56,195 nucleotides of DNA from an uncultured Clostridia bacterium. GTDB lineage: Bacteria; Bacillota_I; Bacilli_A; RF39; UBA660. Numbering within the stretch: position 1 is the first letter of the stretch; each line of letters begins with the position of its first letter. The stretch lies in NCBI GenBank assembly GCA_947165945.1, contig CAMVCF010000003.1, forward strand, positions 1 to 56,195, read 5' to 3'. The notes beneath the pieces were generated by a model, which searched no databases, was not told the DNA's origin, and worked only from the letters and a program-made list of their open reading frames with translations. Of the stretch, positions 21,243-31,203 are shown in pieces. The translations under genes and the position numbers were made by a program.

Positions 21243-21766
21243 GTTTTTTCTTCTAATTTTTCATCTACTATTTTATTATATTGATTAACAAATTCTTGAA
21301 CTCGATCTTCACATCTTTTGAAAGTATCTTCAGAAAGATTTGCATCTTTTAATAAATCAACAGCATCATGTCTATTATTTCTAATAGATACTTTAGCATC
21401 TTCACAAATTCCTTTTGCTTGCTTAACAAGTTCACGTCTTCTATCTTCTGTTAAAGCTGGAATAATAATTCTAATACATTCTCCATCATTATTAGGAGTA
21501 TAACCTAAATTTGCTTCAAATATTGCTTTTTCAATATTTGATAAACTTGACTTATCAAATGGCTTTAACATAAGTTGTCTTGCTTCTGGAATAGAAATTG
21601 TAACTAAACTTTTAAGAGGAGTAGGACTTCCATAATAATCAACCATTACTGAATCAAGAATAGCTGGATTAGCACGTCCAGCACTTATCTTTTTAAGTCT
21701 ATTTTCAAGTGATGTAATCGAATTTTTTAAATTTGCTTCTAAATCATTTAATATTTCTGTTTCCAT
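21221..21766 (-). CDS. frr: ribosome recycling factor
   Basis: ISAGRANPAILDSVMVDYYGSPTPL, IPALTEDRRRELVK. Confidence 0.96.
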   Translation of the reverse strand: METEILNDLEANLKNSITSLENRLKKISAGRANPAILDSVMVDYYGSPTPLKSLVTISIPEARQLMLKPFDKSSLSNIEKAIFEANLGYTPNNDGECIRIIIPALTEDRRRELVKQAKGICEDAKVSIRNNRHDAVDLLKDANLSEDTFKRCEDRVQEFVNQYNKIVDEKLEEKTKDLMTV

Positions 21767-21832
21767 ATATTCCCTTTCTTTATTTTTATTTTATCTTTTT
21801 TTCTTTTAAATATCAAGTTTTTTTATTAACTT

Positions 21833-22546
21833 TTAAATACTATAGCCTCTTTTAATCATTAGATCATCTAAATACATTAAATAATTTTGGATATAATTAT
21901 ATGTATAGGGACAATATTCCAATAAGTCTAATGGATATACAAAAAAACAAGCAAATGCTGAAACAAAATATTCTACTTCATTTGAAATATTAGCTTCTAC
22001 TCCTAAATTATCAATATAAAATAACTTTGTTTTATAAAAATGTTTTTTCTCTTTTGCATACGTTTCTTCAAATTCACTACACTTACTTAAAAGAAAACGA
22101 TTATATCCATCCACTAAATGTCCTATCTCATGCACTAAAATATTTCTTACAATGCATTTATTAAATTCATCACATGATAAACCATATTCTTTAGCATTAT
22201 ATTTTTCATAATAATTTTCATGCAAACATGCTTCCACATAAGAATTTAATTCAGATGAATCAGTAAACCCAAAAATAGATGTATGAACTTTATGTCCAAA
22301 AATCTTCTTATACTCAAATTCCGCTGAATTATCATCTTCTAATAATATTACATGCTCATTTTTATTATTTAAAATTCGTAAAATTGATAATGGTAATTGA
22401 CTTACTATATTTATTGCATAATTTTTATATTCTGGATCGCCATCAATTTCAACGATATATGGTATAAAATTTTCTACTTCTGAACTACTTGTAATACATG
22501 AATTAGTAATAGCAAATAAAGTTAAAATTTCAGATATTTGCTTCAT
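21833..22546 (-). CDS. zinc metallopeptidase of the anthrax lethal factor/Pro-Pro endopeptidase type; 5' end possibly frameshifted
   Basis: VHEIGHLVD, then NEVEYFVSAF...LLEYCPYTYNYI; the best SD/ATG (22572) is one base out of frame. Confidence 0.6.
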   Translation of the reverse strand: MKQISEILTLFAITNSCITSSSEVENFIPYIVEIDGDPEYKNYAINIVSQLPLSILRILNNKNEHVILLEDDNSAEFEYKKIFGHKVHTSIFGFTDSSELNSYVEACLHENYYEKYNAKEYGLSCDEFNKCIVRNILVHEIGHLVDGYNRFLLSKCSEFEETYAKEKKHFYKTKLFYIDNLGVEANISNEVEYFVSAFACFFVYPLDLLEYCPYTYNYIQNYLMYLDDLMIKRGYSI

Positions 22547-22615
22547 TTTTTTTAATAATTTTTTTTATCCATAAAACCACCCAAATAAGTATAGCAAATA
22601 TTATTAATCATACTA

Positions 22616-23608
22616 CTATATTATATTTTTTCTTAAAAAAGTTTTTATATCCTTATTTATATATATGCCTATTTTTCCATTTAAGACTATTTTTATAAAT
22701 CCAAGACCATATATAACTAAATCTTCATGAAATAACAAGTCATACTCTTTATAAGCCAAATTTTTTAAAGTATCATGTCTTGAATTTATTTTTTTTACCT
22801 TAATCCCATTTGGGATATATAACGTAAAACTATTTCGATCTCCTTCTAAATAATCTATTCTTAAAAAATCACCTATCAATAAACTTTGACCAGAACTAAT
22901 TTGATAAGTTTTAGGTTTTATTTCCTTTTTAGTATTTAATATTTTATAATATTTTTTATCTAAATAATGAATTATATTTCCAAGTTCTACAATTCCTGGT
23001 GTATCTATAATTGTTAAATTTTCATTTAATTTTATTTTTATTTTTTGAAGTGTTGTTTCAGGCATACTAGATATTGTCAAGTTAGATTCTTTATTAGAAT
23101 AATTTCCACTTATTTTATTTATTAAACTACTTTTTCCTGCATTAGTTTCTCCAACAAAGTAAACTTCCCTACTTTTTTTATATTTATATATTTTTTTTAT
23201 TAATAAATCTAAATTATAATTATTTAAACTACTTACAATAATAATATCTAAAAAACTAGTTTTTTCTCTTAAATAAGCAATTATTTTTTCGTCTTTTACA
23301 CTTTTTGGTAAAACATCCTTTTTATTTAAAACCAAAATAATATCATTATTTAAATACTTTTTAATACCTTCTATATCTTCATTTATATTTAAAATATCAA
23401 CTATATATAAAACTAAATCCTTTGTTAAAGAAATATTTTTTAAAATTTTCTCATAATCTTCTTTATCTGTTTCTATACTTACAACTTCTCCATAGTTTTT
23501 TACTTTAAAACATCGAGTACATAGATCGTTTTCTAAATTTGGAGTATATCCTGGATTTAAAATATTTTCATTTTGAAGTTCTACTCCACATCCTATACAT
23601 TTTTTCAT
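22616..23608 (-). CDS. yqeH: ribosome biogenesis GTPase YqeH
   Basis: CIGCG...CTRCF zinc finger; NKKD, GETNAGKSS, PETT, DTPG. Confidence 0.92.
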   Translation of the reverse strand: MKKCIGCGVELQNENILNPGYTPNLENDLCTRCFKVKNYGEVVSIETDKEDYEKILKNISLTKDLVLYIVDILNINEDIEGIKKYLNNDIILVLNKKDVLPKSVKDEKIIAYLREKTSFLDIIIVSSLNNYNLDLLIKKIYKYKKSREVYFVGETNAGKSSLINKISGNYSNKESNLTISSMPETTLQKIKIKLNENLTIIDTPGIVELGNIIHYLDKKYYKILNTKKEIKPKTYQISSGQSLLIGDFLRIDYLEGDRNSFTLYIPNGIKVKKINSRHDTLKNLAYKEYDLLFHEDLVIYGLGFIKIVLNGKIGIYINKDIKTFLRKNII

Positions 23609-24111
23609 CTATAATATTCTCCTTTTTTTATTTTATATTTTCTTTTAATTAGGTTTTCAATTTTTCGATTAATTCTTGTTTTTTTAAGATCATAAGGATC
23701 CATTTGATCTACTAAAATAGTTAATAAGCTTTTTCTATTTCCACCTAATATATCAGTTAAGATCTGATCTCCTACTATAACCATTTTCGAATAATTAATA
23801 TTATATTTTCTTTTAATTTTTCTAATTGATTTTAAACTAGGTTTTAAACTAAAAGAAAAAGTATCACATTTTAAATTTTTACAAAAAGAATTAACTCTTT
23901 TTTTACGACTATTGCTTGCTATTACAACTTTAAATTCTTGATTTAATTCATTTAAAAATTTTTCTACTTCACTACTACAAATATTTTCTTTTACTTTTCC
24001 AATTGTATTATCAAGATCAAAGATAATTACTTTATAACCATCCATTTTTAATTTTTTATAATTAATACTAAATATATCTTTTTCGTACATTTTAGGAATA
24101 AATAAATTCAT
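23605..24111 (-). CDS. yqeG: YqeG HAD IIIA phosphatase
   Basis: IFDLDNTI, VGDQILTDILGGNR; ATGA-coupled to yqeH. Confidence 0.9.
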   Translation of the reverse strand: MNLFIPKMYEKDIFSINYKKLKMDGYKVIIFDLDNTIGKVKENICSSEVEKFLNELNQEFKVVIASNSRKKRVNSFCKNLKCDTFSFSLKPSLKSIRKIKRKYNINYSKMVIVGDQILTDILGGNRKSLLTILVDQMDPYDLKKTRINRKIENLIKRKYKIKKGEYYR

Positions 24112-24121
24112 GATATCCTCC

Positions 24122-24328
24122 TTAATCTTTAAGAGCTAAAAATCTATAATCATAATAATAACTACTATTAATAATTAATATTTTATTTTGTATACATTCT
24201 CTAAGTATTTTTTTCTTTAATTCGTATTCTTTTATATTATACCATTCAAAAGGAAATAAACCATCTTTATTTTTTAATATATTTTTATACATTACCTCAA
24301 GTACTAAATATTCTTTATCTATATTCAT
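24122..24328 (-). CDS. small hypothetical protein
   Basis: 68 aa, SD GAGGG, overlaps the upstream ORF end by 14 nt. Confidence 0.65.
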   Translation of the reverse strand: MNIDKEYLVLEVMYKNILKNKDGLFPFEWYNIKEYELKKKILRECIQNKILIINSSYYYDYRFLALKD

Positions 24329-25709
24329 AACTACCCTCTCTATTCTTTTTAATATAATTATCTAAAAATAAAATTAATTCATCTCCGATCAATTCTTTTA
24401 AAACTATAATAATTTCTTTATTATTTGACTTTTTAATAGCATCATAGTTTGCTAAACATTCATCAAATGAGCGAGTTTTTAAACTATCAAAATAAATAGA
24501 TCCATGTCCTGATATACATTTAAAATCTATATCATCAAAAAACTTTCCCTTAAAAATAGAATCTAATAAATTTTCAAGCATTCTATATTCGCTAAAATAT
24601 TTTTTTTGATTAAAATAAATAAACTCATTTTTTTCATTTTCTAAATATTCTAATACAACATCTTTAAAATTAAACTCCATAACAAATGGGTAATTTACAG
24701 TTTTCTTTTCACTATTAAAGATCTCAATTAATAAAGGCATATCAGTTTTTAATTCACGATAAACATGTTCAACATAATTATCAAAACTTTTATACATTTT
24801 TAAAACTTTTTTAATATATAAAGTCTTAAATCTATCTTTAGATTTTTCATATTCCGTGTGAAATTCTTTTAAATATTTTTTAATTTTTTGATAATTTTCT
24901 TCATTATCTATTCTGCATCTAATTTCTTCATATTCAGCTAATACATCATCTTGATTTTCAAAAGAAGAGTATAAAAAATGACTAAATTCATGATTATACA
25001 TTAAAGATTCTCGAGTATTTGATATAAATTCTAAAGATTTAGGATCATAGCTTTCTAAAGATTTATTTTTAGAATCAATAAACTTAAAATCTTTATGATT
25101 CTTTTTAAATTCAATTAGTTTTTTTATATCAATAATTGCTCTTTCATGATTTTCATTTAAATTTCTTTTTAATTCATTAGTAACAAAATCTAGTATTTTT
25201 ATATCACAATCTTTAAATAAATTTACAAACTCTTCAATTAAAACTTGATCAGATTCATTAAGTAAATTTAAATCTTTTGTCTCATCTGATATAAACAATT
25301 TAGGCAATACTATACCATGTTTTAAAAATATATATCTTATCTCTTTTTCATAATAATAAAAGTCATTAAAACTTATTTTTCTAATATTATTATATAAAAT
25401 TATTTTTTCTTGATCTGAAATTTTATCAAGAATAATATCAAGTATTAATTTATCATTTCTTTTTTCTAATAATACTTTCAAAGAACAAGAAAGAATAGGT
25501 TTTATAATATTATATTTTAAATAATAATCTAAAAAATCTATATGTTGCATTAAATAATTATCCATTTTATCACTATGAATTCCTTGTTCTAATAGATATT
25601 CAATTAAATATTTATCTTTATATTTATATTCAACTAATTCATTTATAAAAGAAATATTGGAAAAAGCAATAAAATCATTATTTTCTAAAAGTTTTATATA
25701 TTTATCCAT
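24315..25709 (-). CDS. hypothetical protein with a zincin HExxH motif
   Basis: YNHEFSHFLY plus downstream SFDECLANY (candidate third ligand); SD GGAGG before ATG 25709. Confidence 0.6.
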   Translation of the reverse strand: MDKYIKLLENNDFIAFSNISFINELVEYKYKDKYLIEYLLEQGIHSDKMDNYLMQHIDFLDYYLKYNIIKPILSCSLKVLLEKRNDKLILDIILDKISDQEKIILYNNIRKISFNDFYYYEKEIRYIFLKHGIVLPKLFISDETKDLNLLNESDQVLIEEFVNLFKDCDIKILDFVTNELKRNLNENHERAIIDIKKLIEFKKNHKDFKFIDSKNKSLESYDPKSLEFISNTRESLMYNHEFSHFLYSSFENQDDVLAEYEEIRCRIDNEENYQKIKKYLKEFHTEYEKSKDRFKTLYIKKVLKMYKSFDNYVEHVYRELKTDMPLLIEIFNSEKKTVNYPFVMEFNFKDVVLEYLENEKNEFIYFNQKKYFSEYRMLENLLDSIFKGKFFDDIDFKCISGHGSIYFDSLKTRSFDECLANYDAIKKSNNKEIIIVLKELIGDELILFLDNYIKKNREGSYEYR

Positions 25710-25795
25710 TTCTTCCTCCAAGCTTTTTTATTATTATTCAAAAATATTATAACATATCTTTTATATATAATAAAATACCACTAAATAATGGTATT

Positions 25796-27559
25796 CTATA
25801 AATTGTTTACATCACTTAAATATTTTTTTAATTCTTTAGCAACATCAATTGGTATTACAGTGCTAAGTTCTTCAACACTAGCATCTTTTATTTTCTTTAA
25901 AGATGAAAACTTCTTTAATAATTCTTGACGACGTTTTGCACCTATTCCTGGAATCATTTCTAAAATACTTGCTAAATTTCCTTTATTTTTAATTTGTCTA
26001 TGATAAGTAATTGCAAATCGATGAACTTCGTCTTGAATTTTTGTTAAAAAATGAAATAAATGACCATGAGTATCTAATTCTATTTCAGTTAAATCACTAT
26101 TAACAATTACACTTGTCCTATGATGTGAATCTTTTTTTAAACCTATTAAAGTAATATTTAAATTTAAATCATTTAATATTTTATGAGCAGCCATAACTTG
26201 AGTTTCTCCACCATCAACAATTATTAAATCAGGCATTTTACCTTGTTCCATTAATAAACGATAATATCTTCGATAAATAACTTCTTCCATAGCTTTTAAA
26301 TCGTCTTTGACATTTGCATCAATTTTAAATTTTCGATATTCATGTCTAAGTGGTAGAAAATTTTCAAATACAACCATTCCGGCAACATAATAAGTACCAA
26401 ATAAATGAGAATTATCAAATGTTTCTATTCTTTCAACTTTCTTTTTTCCAAGAATTCCCGATAATTCTCGAACCGATTCAAGTCTAATTTTTTCATCTTG
26501 AGTAATAGTTTTTAACTCTTCATCAAGAATTATTTGAGCATTTTCTTCTGCTAACTGCATTAATTGCTTTAAATCACCTCTATATGGAGTTCTTACATTA
26601 GTATTTAAATATCGACTTAATATTTCTGAGTCAATTCCTTCAGGAACAAGTATTTCATGGGGAATAACTTCTCTTTCATAAAATCTAATTATATATTCTA
26701 AAAATGCTTCCTCTTTTGTATCCAATATATTTATAATTTTTTTACTTCTTCCAAAAAGAGTACCAGATCTAATAAAAAATACTTGAATTGACAAATAATT
26801 TTCATCACTATAATAATTAAATAAATCTAAATTAATTTCTTTATTTAAAACAATCTTTTGATTTTTTAAAGTAATATTAATATCATCAATCATTTGTTTA
26901 TATTCTAAAGCTTTTTCAAAATTCATTTTATTACTTGCATCATTCATTTTCTCTTTTAATTCTTTTAAAACATGACTAGAATCTCCATTTAAAAAAGCTG
27001 TTATTTCCTTTTTCATTTTTTCAAGTTTATCTAAATCCACATGATTTTTACAATATCCAAGACACTCTCCTAGATGATAATATAAACAATAATCTTTTTT
27101 TAGCTTTTCACATTTTCTTAATGGATAAATTCTATTTAGCATATAAGTAACTCGTCTTGCTGCACCAACATTTGGATATGGCCCATATAAATTGCTTTTA
27201 TTCTTTTTAGTTTTCGTATTTCTTACAACTTTTAATACAGGATATAATTCTTTAGTAAACTCTATATAAGGATAACTTTTATCATCCTTAAGTAAAATAT
27301 TATATTTGGGATTGTATTTTTTTATTAGAGTAATTTCTAAAATTAAACTTTCAAGTTCAGATGAAGTTACAATATATTCAAAATCCTTAATATCTGATAC
27401 TAACTTTTTAGTTTTACCAGTTACACGTCCTGTAAAATAACTCTTAAGTCTTCTCTTTAAATTTTTAGCTTTTCCAACATAAATTATATTACCATCTTGA
27501 TCCTTCATTTGATAACTACCAGGAAGTTCCGGAACAAGTGCTAACTTTTCTTTAAACAT
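25796..27559 (-). CDS. uvrC: excinuclease ABC subunit C
   Basis: IIYVGKAKNLKRRLKSYF, LKDDKSYPY, RIETFDNSH, PDLIIVDGG, QDEVHRFAI, HhH. Confidence 0.96.
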   Translation of the reverse strand: MFKEKLALVPELPGSYQMKDQDGNIIYVGKAKNLKRRLKSYFTGRVTGKTKKLVSDIKDFEYIVTSSELESLILEITLIKKYNPKYNILLKDDKSYPYIEFTKELYPVLKVVRNTKTKKNKSNLYGPYPNVGAARRVTYMLNRIYPLRKCEKLKKDYCLYYHLGECLGYCKNHVDLDKLEKMKKEITAFLNGDSSHVLKELKEKMNDASNKMNFEKALEYKQMIDDINITLKNQKIVLNKEINLDLFNYYSDENYLSIQVFFIRSGTLFGRSKKIINILDTKEEAFLEYIIRFYEREVIPHEILVPEGIDSEILSRYLNTNVRTPYRGDLKQLMQLAEENAQIILDEELKTITQDEKIRLESVRELSGILGKKKVERIETFDNSHLFGTYYVAGMVVFENFLPLRHEYRKFKIDANVKDDLKAMEEVIYRRYYRLLMEQGKMPDLIIVDGGETQVMAAHKILNDLNLNITLIGLKKDSHHRTSVIVNSDLTEIELDTHGHLFHFLTKIQDEVHRFAITYHRQIKNKGNLASILEMIPGIGAKRRQELLKKFSSLKKIKDASVEELSTVIPIDVAKELKKYLSDVNNL

Positions 27560-27592
27560 AATCCCACCTCTTTTCTTATATCAATTATACAG

Positions 27593-27619
27593 AAAAAAAC
27601 TAGTTTTTACTAGTTTTTT
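27593..27619 (-). terminator. intrinsic terminator after the mgtC-like gene
   Basis: AAAAAACTAGT-TTTT-ACTAGTTTTTT. Confidence 0.7.
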
Positions 27620-27644
27620 AATTCAAAATTCATTTTTATTAAAA

Positions 27645-28340
27645 TTAATCTTCAAATTCATCTATTTTAATTTCAGATATCTTTTTTAAACTAAATTTTT
27701 TGATTTTATTTTCTAACATAATACTTTCTAATTTATCTAGTTTAATAAGATATTCTTTTTTTATTAAAAAATTATAACTAATAGTAGAATCCATCAAGTC
27801 TTTATGTAACGAAAAATTAATTATTTCAAAATTATTTTCTTTAAAATATTTATCTATTTCTAATTTTACATTTTCAAATACCTTGTTATTTATATTTAAA
27901 TCTAAATTATATTCATATTCTATTTCACGACTTCCACTGATATTATTTACAAGTTTATTGATATATCTAAGAATAATATTGGAAAATAAAATAACAATTG
28001 TACCAATTATTGCTTCAAATATAGCTCCACCAGCAACAAGTACTCCTATTGCTGCATCACACCATAAAGTTGCTGCAGTAGTAAGTCCTCTTACTTTTTT
28101 TCCATCTTTAAGAATTACACCTGCTCCAAGAAACCCCATACCAGTTACTACCTGACTTGCAATCCTTGAAATATCATTTGATCCAACATTAATGGAAAAA
28201 GTTACAAACAAAAAACTTCCAATAGATACGAGTATACTTGTCCTAAGACCTATTATTCTTCTTCTGTATTGTCTTTCTATTCCAATTAAAAAACTTAATA
28301 AAAAACAAACACTTATTCTAAATAAAAATTCATAATTCAT
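27645..28340 (-). CDS. MgtC/SapB family protein
   Basis: IGIERQ...GLRT, SRIASQVVTGMGFLGAGVI, GLTTAATLW. Confidence 0.9.
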   Translation of the reverse strand: MNYEFLFRISVCFLLSFLIGIERQYRRRIIGLRTSILVSIGSFLFVTFSINVGSNDISRIASQVVTGMGFLGAGVILKDGKKVRGLTTAATLWCDAAIGVLVAGGAIFEAIIGTIVILFSNIILRYINKLVNNISGSREIEYEYNLDLNINNKVFENVKLEIDKYFKENNFEIINFSLHKDLMDSTISYNFLIKKEYLIKLDKLESIMLENKIKKFSLKKISEIKIDEFED

Positions 28341-28363
28341 ATTCCTACCACCTATTAAATTAA

Positions 28364-28392
28364 AATTACTAATCTACTTTAGATCAGTAATT
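28364..28392 (-). terminator. 13-bp hairpin downstream of the surface-protein gene
   Basis: AATTACTGATCTA-AAG-TAGATTAGTAATT on minus. Confidence 0.6.
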
Positions 28393-28406
28393 CTATTTCT
28401 ATTATT

Positions 28407-30425
28407 TTATTCATTAAGCCATGGCATTTCACGATTAATGGTAAGAACCGGACGTGTTGTATCTAAATCACGAGAGGCACCATTACGGTTTGAAAAATTA
28501 ACTGTTCCAGCCATAGTTTTATTTGAAGCATAGCCACCACGAATCATCCATTCAGTATTAGACAAAAACATGCTACTAGTATCATTATACCAACCACCGA
28601 CAACGGATGACAAATTTTTAACTATTTCTCTTGTTGCATCGCCTAACTTTCCTATAGAAATGACACTACTATTTTGAAATGAATATCTATCATAATATTT
28701 ACTTAATGGAAAAACCGATGTTGTCCACGTTTCTGCACTTGAAACACTAAATTCTAACAAATTAGTTCTTCCTGCCACATTTGCCATTACATATTCAAAA
28801 GACCCACCACTCATATCATAAATTCCATAAATATTACCTGTTGTTGAAGCACCTGCTCCAAGATATCCTTGACCATTTCCTTGATCTGTTAAATTATTAT
28901 ATAAGTATGTAGTTGTTGTCGAAGAGTTACTATCATATGATCCTCCTGAATACCCAGTCTTATAATCACTATTATTATTTATATAAACTTCTTTATATTC
29001 ACCTGTATATAAAGTATTTCCAAGTTTTCCATATTTAGACTGTGAGAGATATGCAACCGCTCCCCATTCCATATTCTTAATCATATGAGTATCAAAATTA
29101 TTTGAATCAAAAGCTATTTCACCAGTTAAATTGCTATTTGCATCTAAATAAGTTACTGCACTTGTACTTTGATTAAATCCGTGTATATTATCATTTGATT
29201 CCATTCTTCTTATATTAGCAAACATATTTGAAACACTAATATTATTTAAACTACTCTGATCTGGTTTTACTAGTATATTTAATCCTGTTTTATTACAATT
29301 AGTAGCATTTGGAGTTTCATTACAAGTTTGATCATCTGTTGACATTTCAAACTTAGCCATCCAAAAACCTGTTAATTCTTCTCCATCACAACTTCCGTCA
29401 AGATTTTTAGTTCCAAAACAAAAAGCTGGATGTGTATATGTGCTCTTATGATTTACAATTGTACTATTTGTTGTATCCGTACAAATCTCAGAATGGGTAC
29501 CTAATAATAATATATCATCATGACATTTAACAGTTCCTGTTGTATCTATTCCATGTTCAAACATTACTTTTATTTCTTGTTCTTCAGCTGTTTCATTATT
29601 TCCATTAAAAATTACATATTTATATCTTGGAATCCATACCCACATTGTTGTTATATCAGCCATATTTATTTCTGTACCACTACTTGCATTTAAGTAATAA
29701 TCTCTTGTATTGGTTCCAGTTTCTTTAACAGTTACAGCATTGGCCCACATTTGTTCGTCATAATCAAACCATTTATATGTACTATTTAAATTTTTGCTAT
29801 CTGCTTTTCTCCATACTCCTGTTGTATCACTTGTTTTATCATAATAAACAGGAATCATGTTATCTGTAAGCTCTGGAAAGTTTGCACCACTTTTATCTAG
29901 GTTAGAACTTTGCATTCCTTCTACTAATATTGCTTTTTTAAAAGTTGCACCATTTGCAGTACTATTATAATCTACCCAACAAATAAGTTCATATGTAATT
30001 GTTGTATCTTTATCTATACTTCCAGAATCAATCAAACCTGTTGACTCTAAATTTGTTATTTCAAATGTTTCTGATTGATTACTTCCAATAGTTCTTGTTA
30101 ATTGATATCTTACATCACTATTTTTTAATGTACTTACATTTGTATCATCAACTAAACTAACTTTATAATTTGCAACTATATCTCCATTATTTTTTATAGC
30201 AAAAGTTACTTTATTCTCTGTTTTATCAAGACCTTCTGCATCACTCATCGGATAGGTATTATTCATTGTTATATTTGTTATATCAGTTATTAAATCTACA
30301 TGAAAATCCGCAATTGTTAAATTATTATTACTTCCTTCGGTGTTTGTTCTTAAATATGCTAAACTATATCCTATATATAACATAAGTACTAAACTTGCTA
30401 TTATAACTAACATTTTCTTTTTCAT
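28407..30425 (-). CDS. surface protein: SipW/TasA-type signal peptide and domain plus C-terminal FGE-sulfatase/C-type-lectin fold
   Basis: GYSLAYL after the hydrophobic stretch; WANAV, MWVWIPRYKY, GFWMAKFEMS, EWGAVAYL, GNIYGIYDMSGG, RGG...RPVL; SD AGGTGA before ATG 30425. Confidence 0.75.
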   Translation of the reverse strand: MKKKMLVIIASLVLMLYIGYSLAYLRTNTEGSNNNLTIADFHVDLITDITNITMNNTYPMSDAEGLDKTENKVTFAIKNNGDIVANYKVSLVDDTNVSTLKNSDVRYQLTRTIGSNQSETFEITNLESTGLIDSGSIDKDTTITYELICWVDYNSTANGATFKKAILVEGMQSSNLDKSGANFPELTDNMIPVYYDKTSDTTGVWRKADSKNLNSTYKWFDYDEQMWANAVTVKETGTNTRDYYLNASSGTEINMADITTMWVWIPRYKYVIFNGNNETAEEQEIKVMFEHGIDTTGTVKCHDDILLLGTHSEICTDTTNSTIVNHKSTYTHPAFCFGTKNLDGSCDGEELTGFWMAKFEMSTDDQTCNETPNATNCNKTGLNILVKPDQSSLNNISVSNMFANIRRMESNDNIHGFNQSTSAVTYLDANSNLTGEIAFDSNNFDTHMIKNMEWGAVAYLSQSKYGKLGNTLYTGEYKEVYINNNSDYKTGYSGGSYDSNSSTTTTYLYNNLTDQGNGQGYLGAGASTTGNIYGIYDMSGGSFEYVMANVAGRTNLLEFSVSSAETWTTSVFPLSKYYDRYSFQNSSVISIGKLGDATREIVKNLSSVVGGWYNDTSSMFLSNTEWMIRGGYASNKTMAGTVNFSNRNGASRDLDTTRPVLTINREMPWLNE

Positions 30426-30477
30426 TCTCGTCACCTATTCTTCTTAAATTATATCATACATTTAGAAAAAAACAATA

Positions 30478-31128
30478 TTAGAAGTGAATTATTTTTTTCC
30501 AAATAAGTAAACCTACTATAATTACAAGTAATAATAATATACTAATTATTATAAAAATTACTTTTTTATTAGTTTTAGTTTCATTTTTAAAACTTTCATC
30601 CATTTCTTCTTCAAAATCTTCTTTAGTAACTTCTAAATCTTTAACCATATCTTGACTCATATCATCCTTATGAATAATACTTGTATCAATTAATGATGTA
30701 TCAAGAATAGGTTCTTCAAGTGGAGCCATAATCGTTGTATCATGATCAGGCATTAAGTCAGAAAGTAGTGTATCATCTTTTTCTTTTTCGCGATTTTCTT
30801 CATTGATACTTTCTATAATACTATTTAAATCATTTTCTTCAATAAAATTTCTTTTTAAATTATCATCTACCCTATTTTTAATTGCTTCATTGATTAAATC
30901 ATTAATATCATAATTTTTTTCTTCATAAAAATATGGAGTAATAACTTCTTTATTTATTTTAATATCATCTTGTTTATCATTCTCTATTTCTTCAGTAAAT
31001 TCTTTTATATCATTAATATCCACATAAGCATTATTCAAATAAACATCGGTATATAACTCTTGATTTTTATTTATTCTAGTTTGTTTAGAACTATCTGTAT
31101 TTTCGTCTTCATAACGATCCATTCTCAC
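30478..31128 (-). CDS. acidic hypothetical protein with C-terminal TM anchor
   Basis: 216 aa, D/E-rich, terminal hydrophobic helix. Confidence 0.75.
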   Translation of the reverse strand: MRMDRYEDENTDSSKQTRINKNQELYTDVYLNNAYVDINDIKEFTEEIENDKQDDIKINKEVITPYFYEEKNYDINDLINEAIKNRVDDNLKRNFIEENDLNSIIESINEENREKEKDDTLLSDLMPDHDTTIMAPLEEPILDTSLIDTSIIHKDDMSQDMVKDLEVTKEDFEEEMDESFKNETKTNKKVIFIIISILLLLVIIVGLLIWKKIIHF

Positions 31129-31203
31129 TATACCACCTACTTTATTTATATATTATCATAAAAATTCAAAAAAAAAAAGAGAATAATTACTCTTTTCTAA
31201 AAT

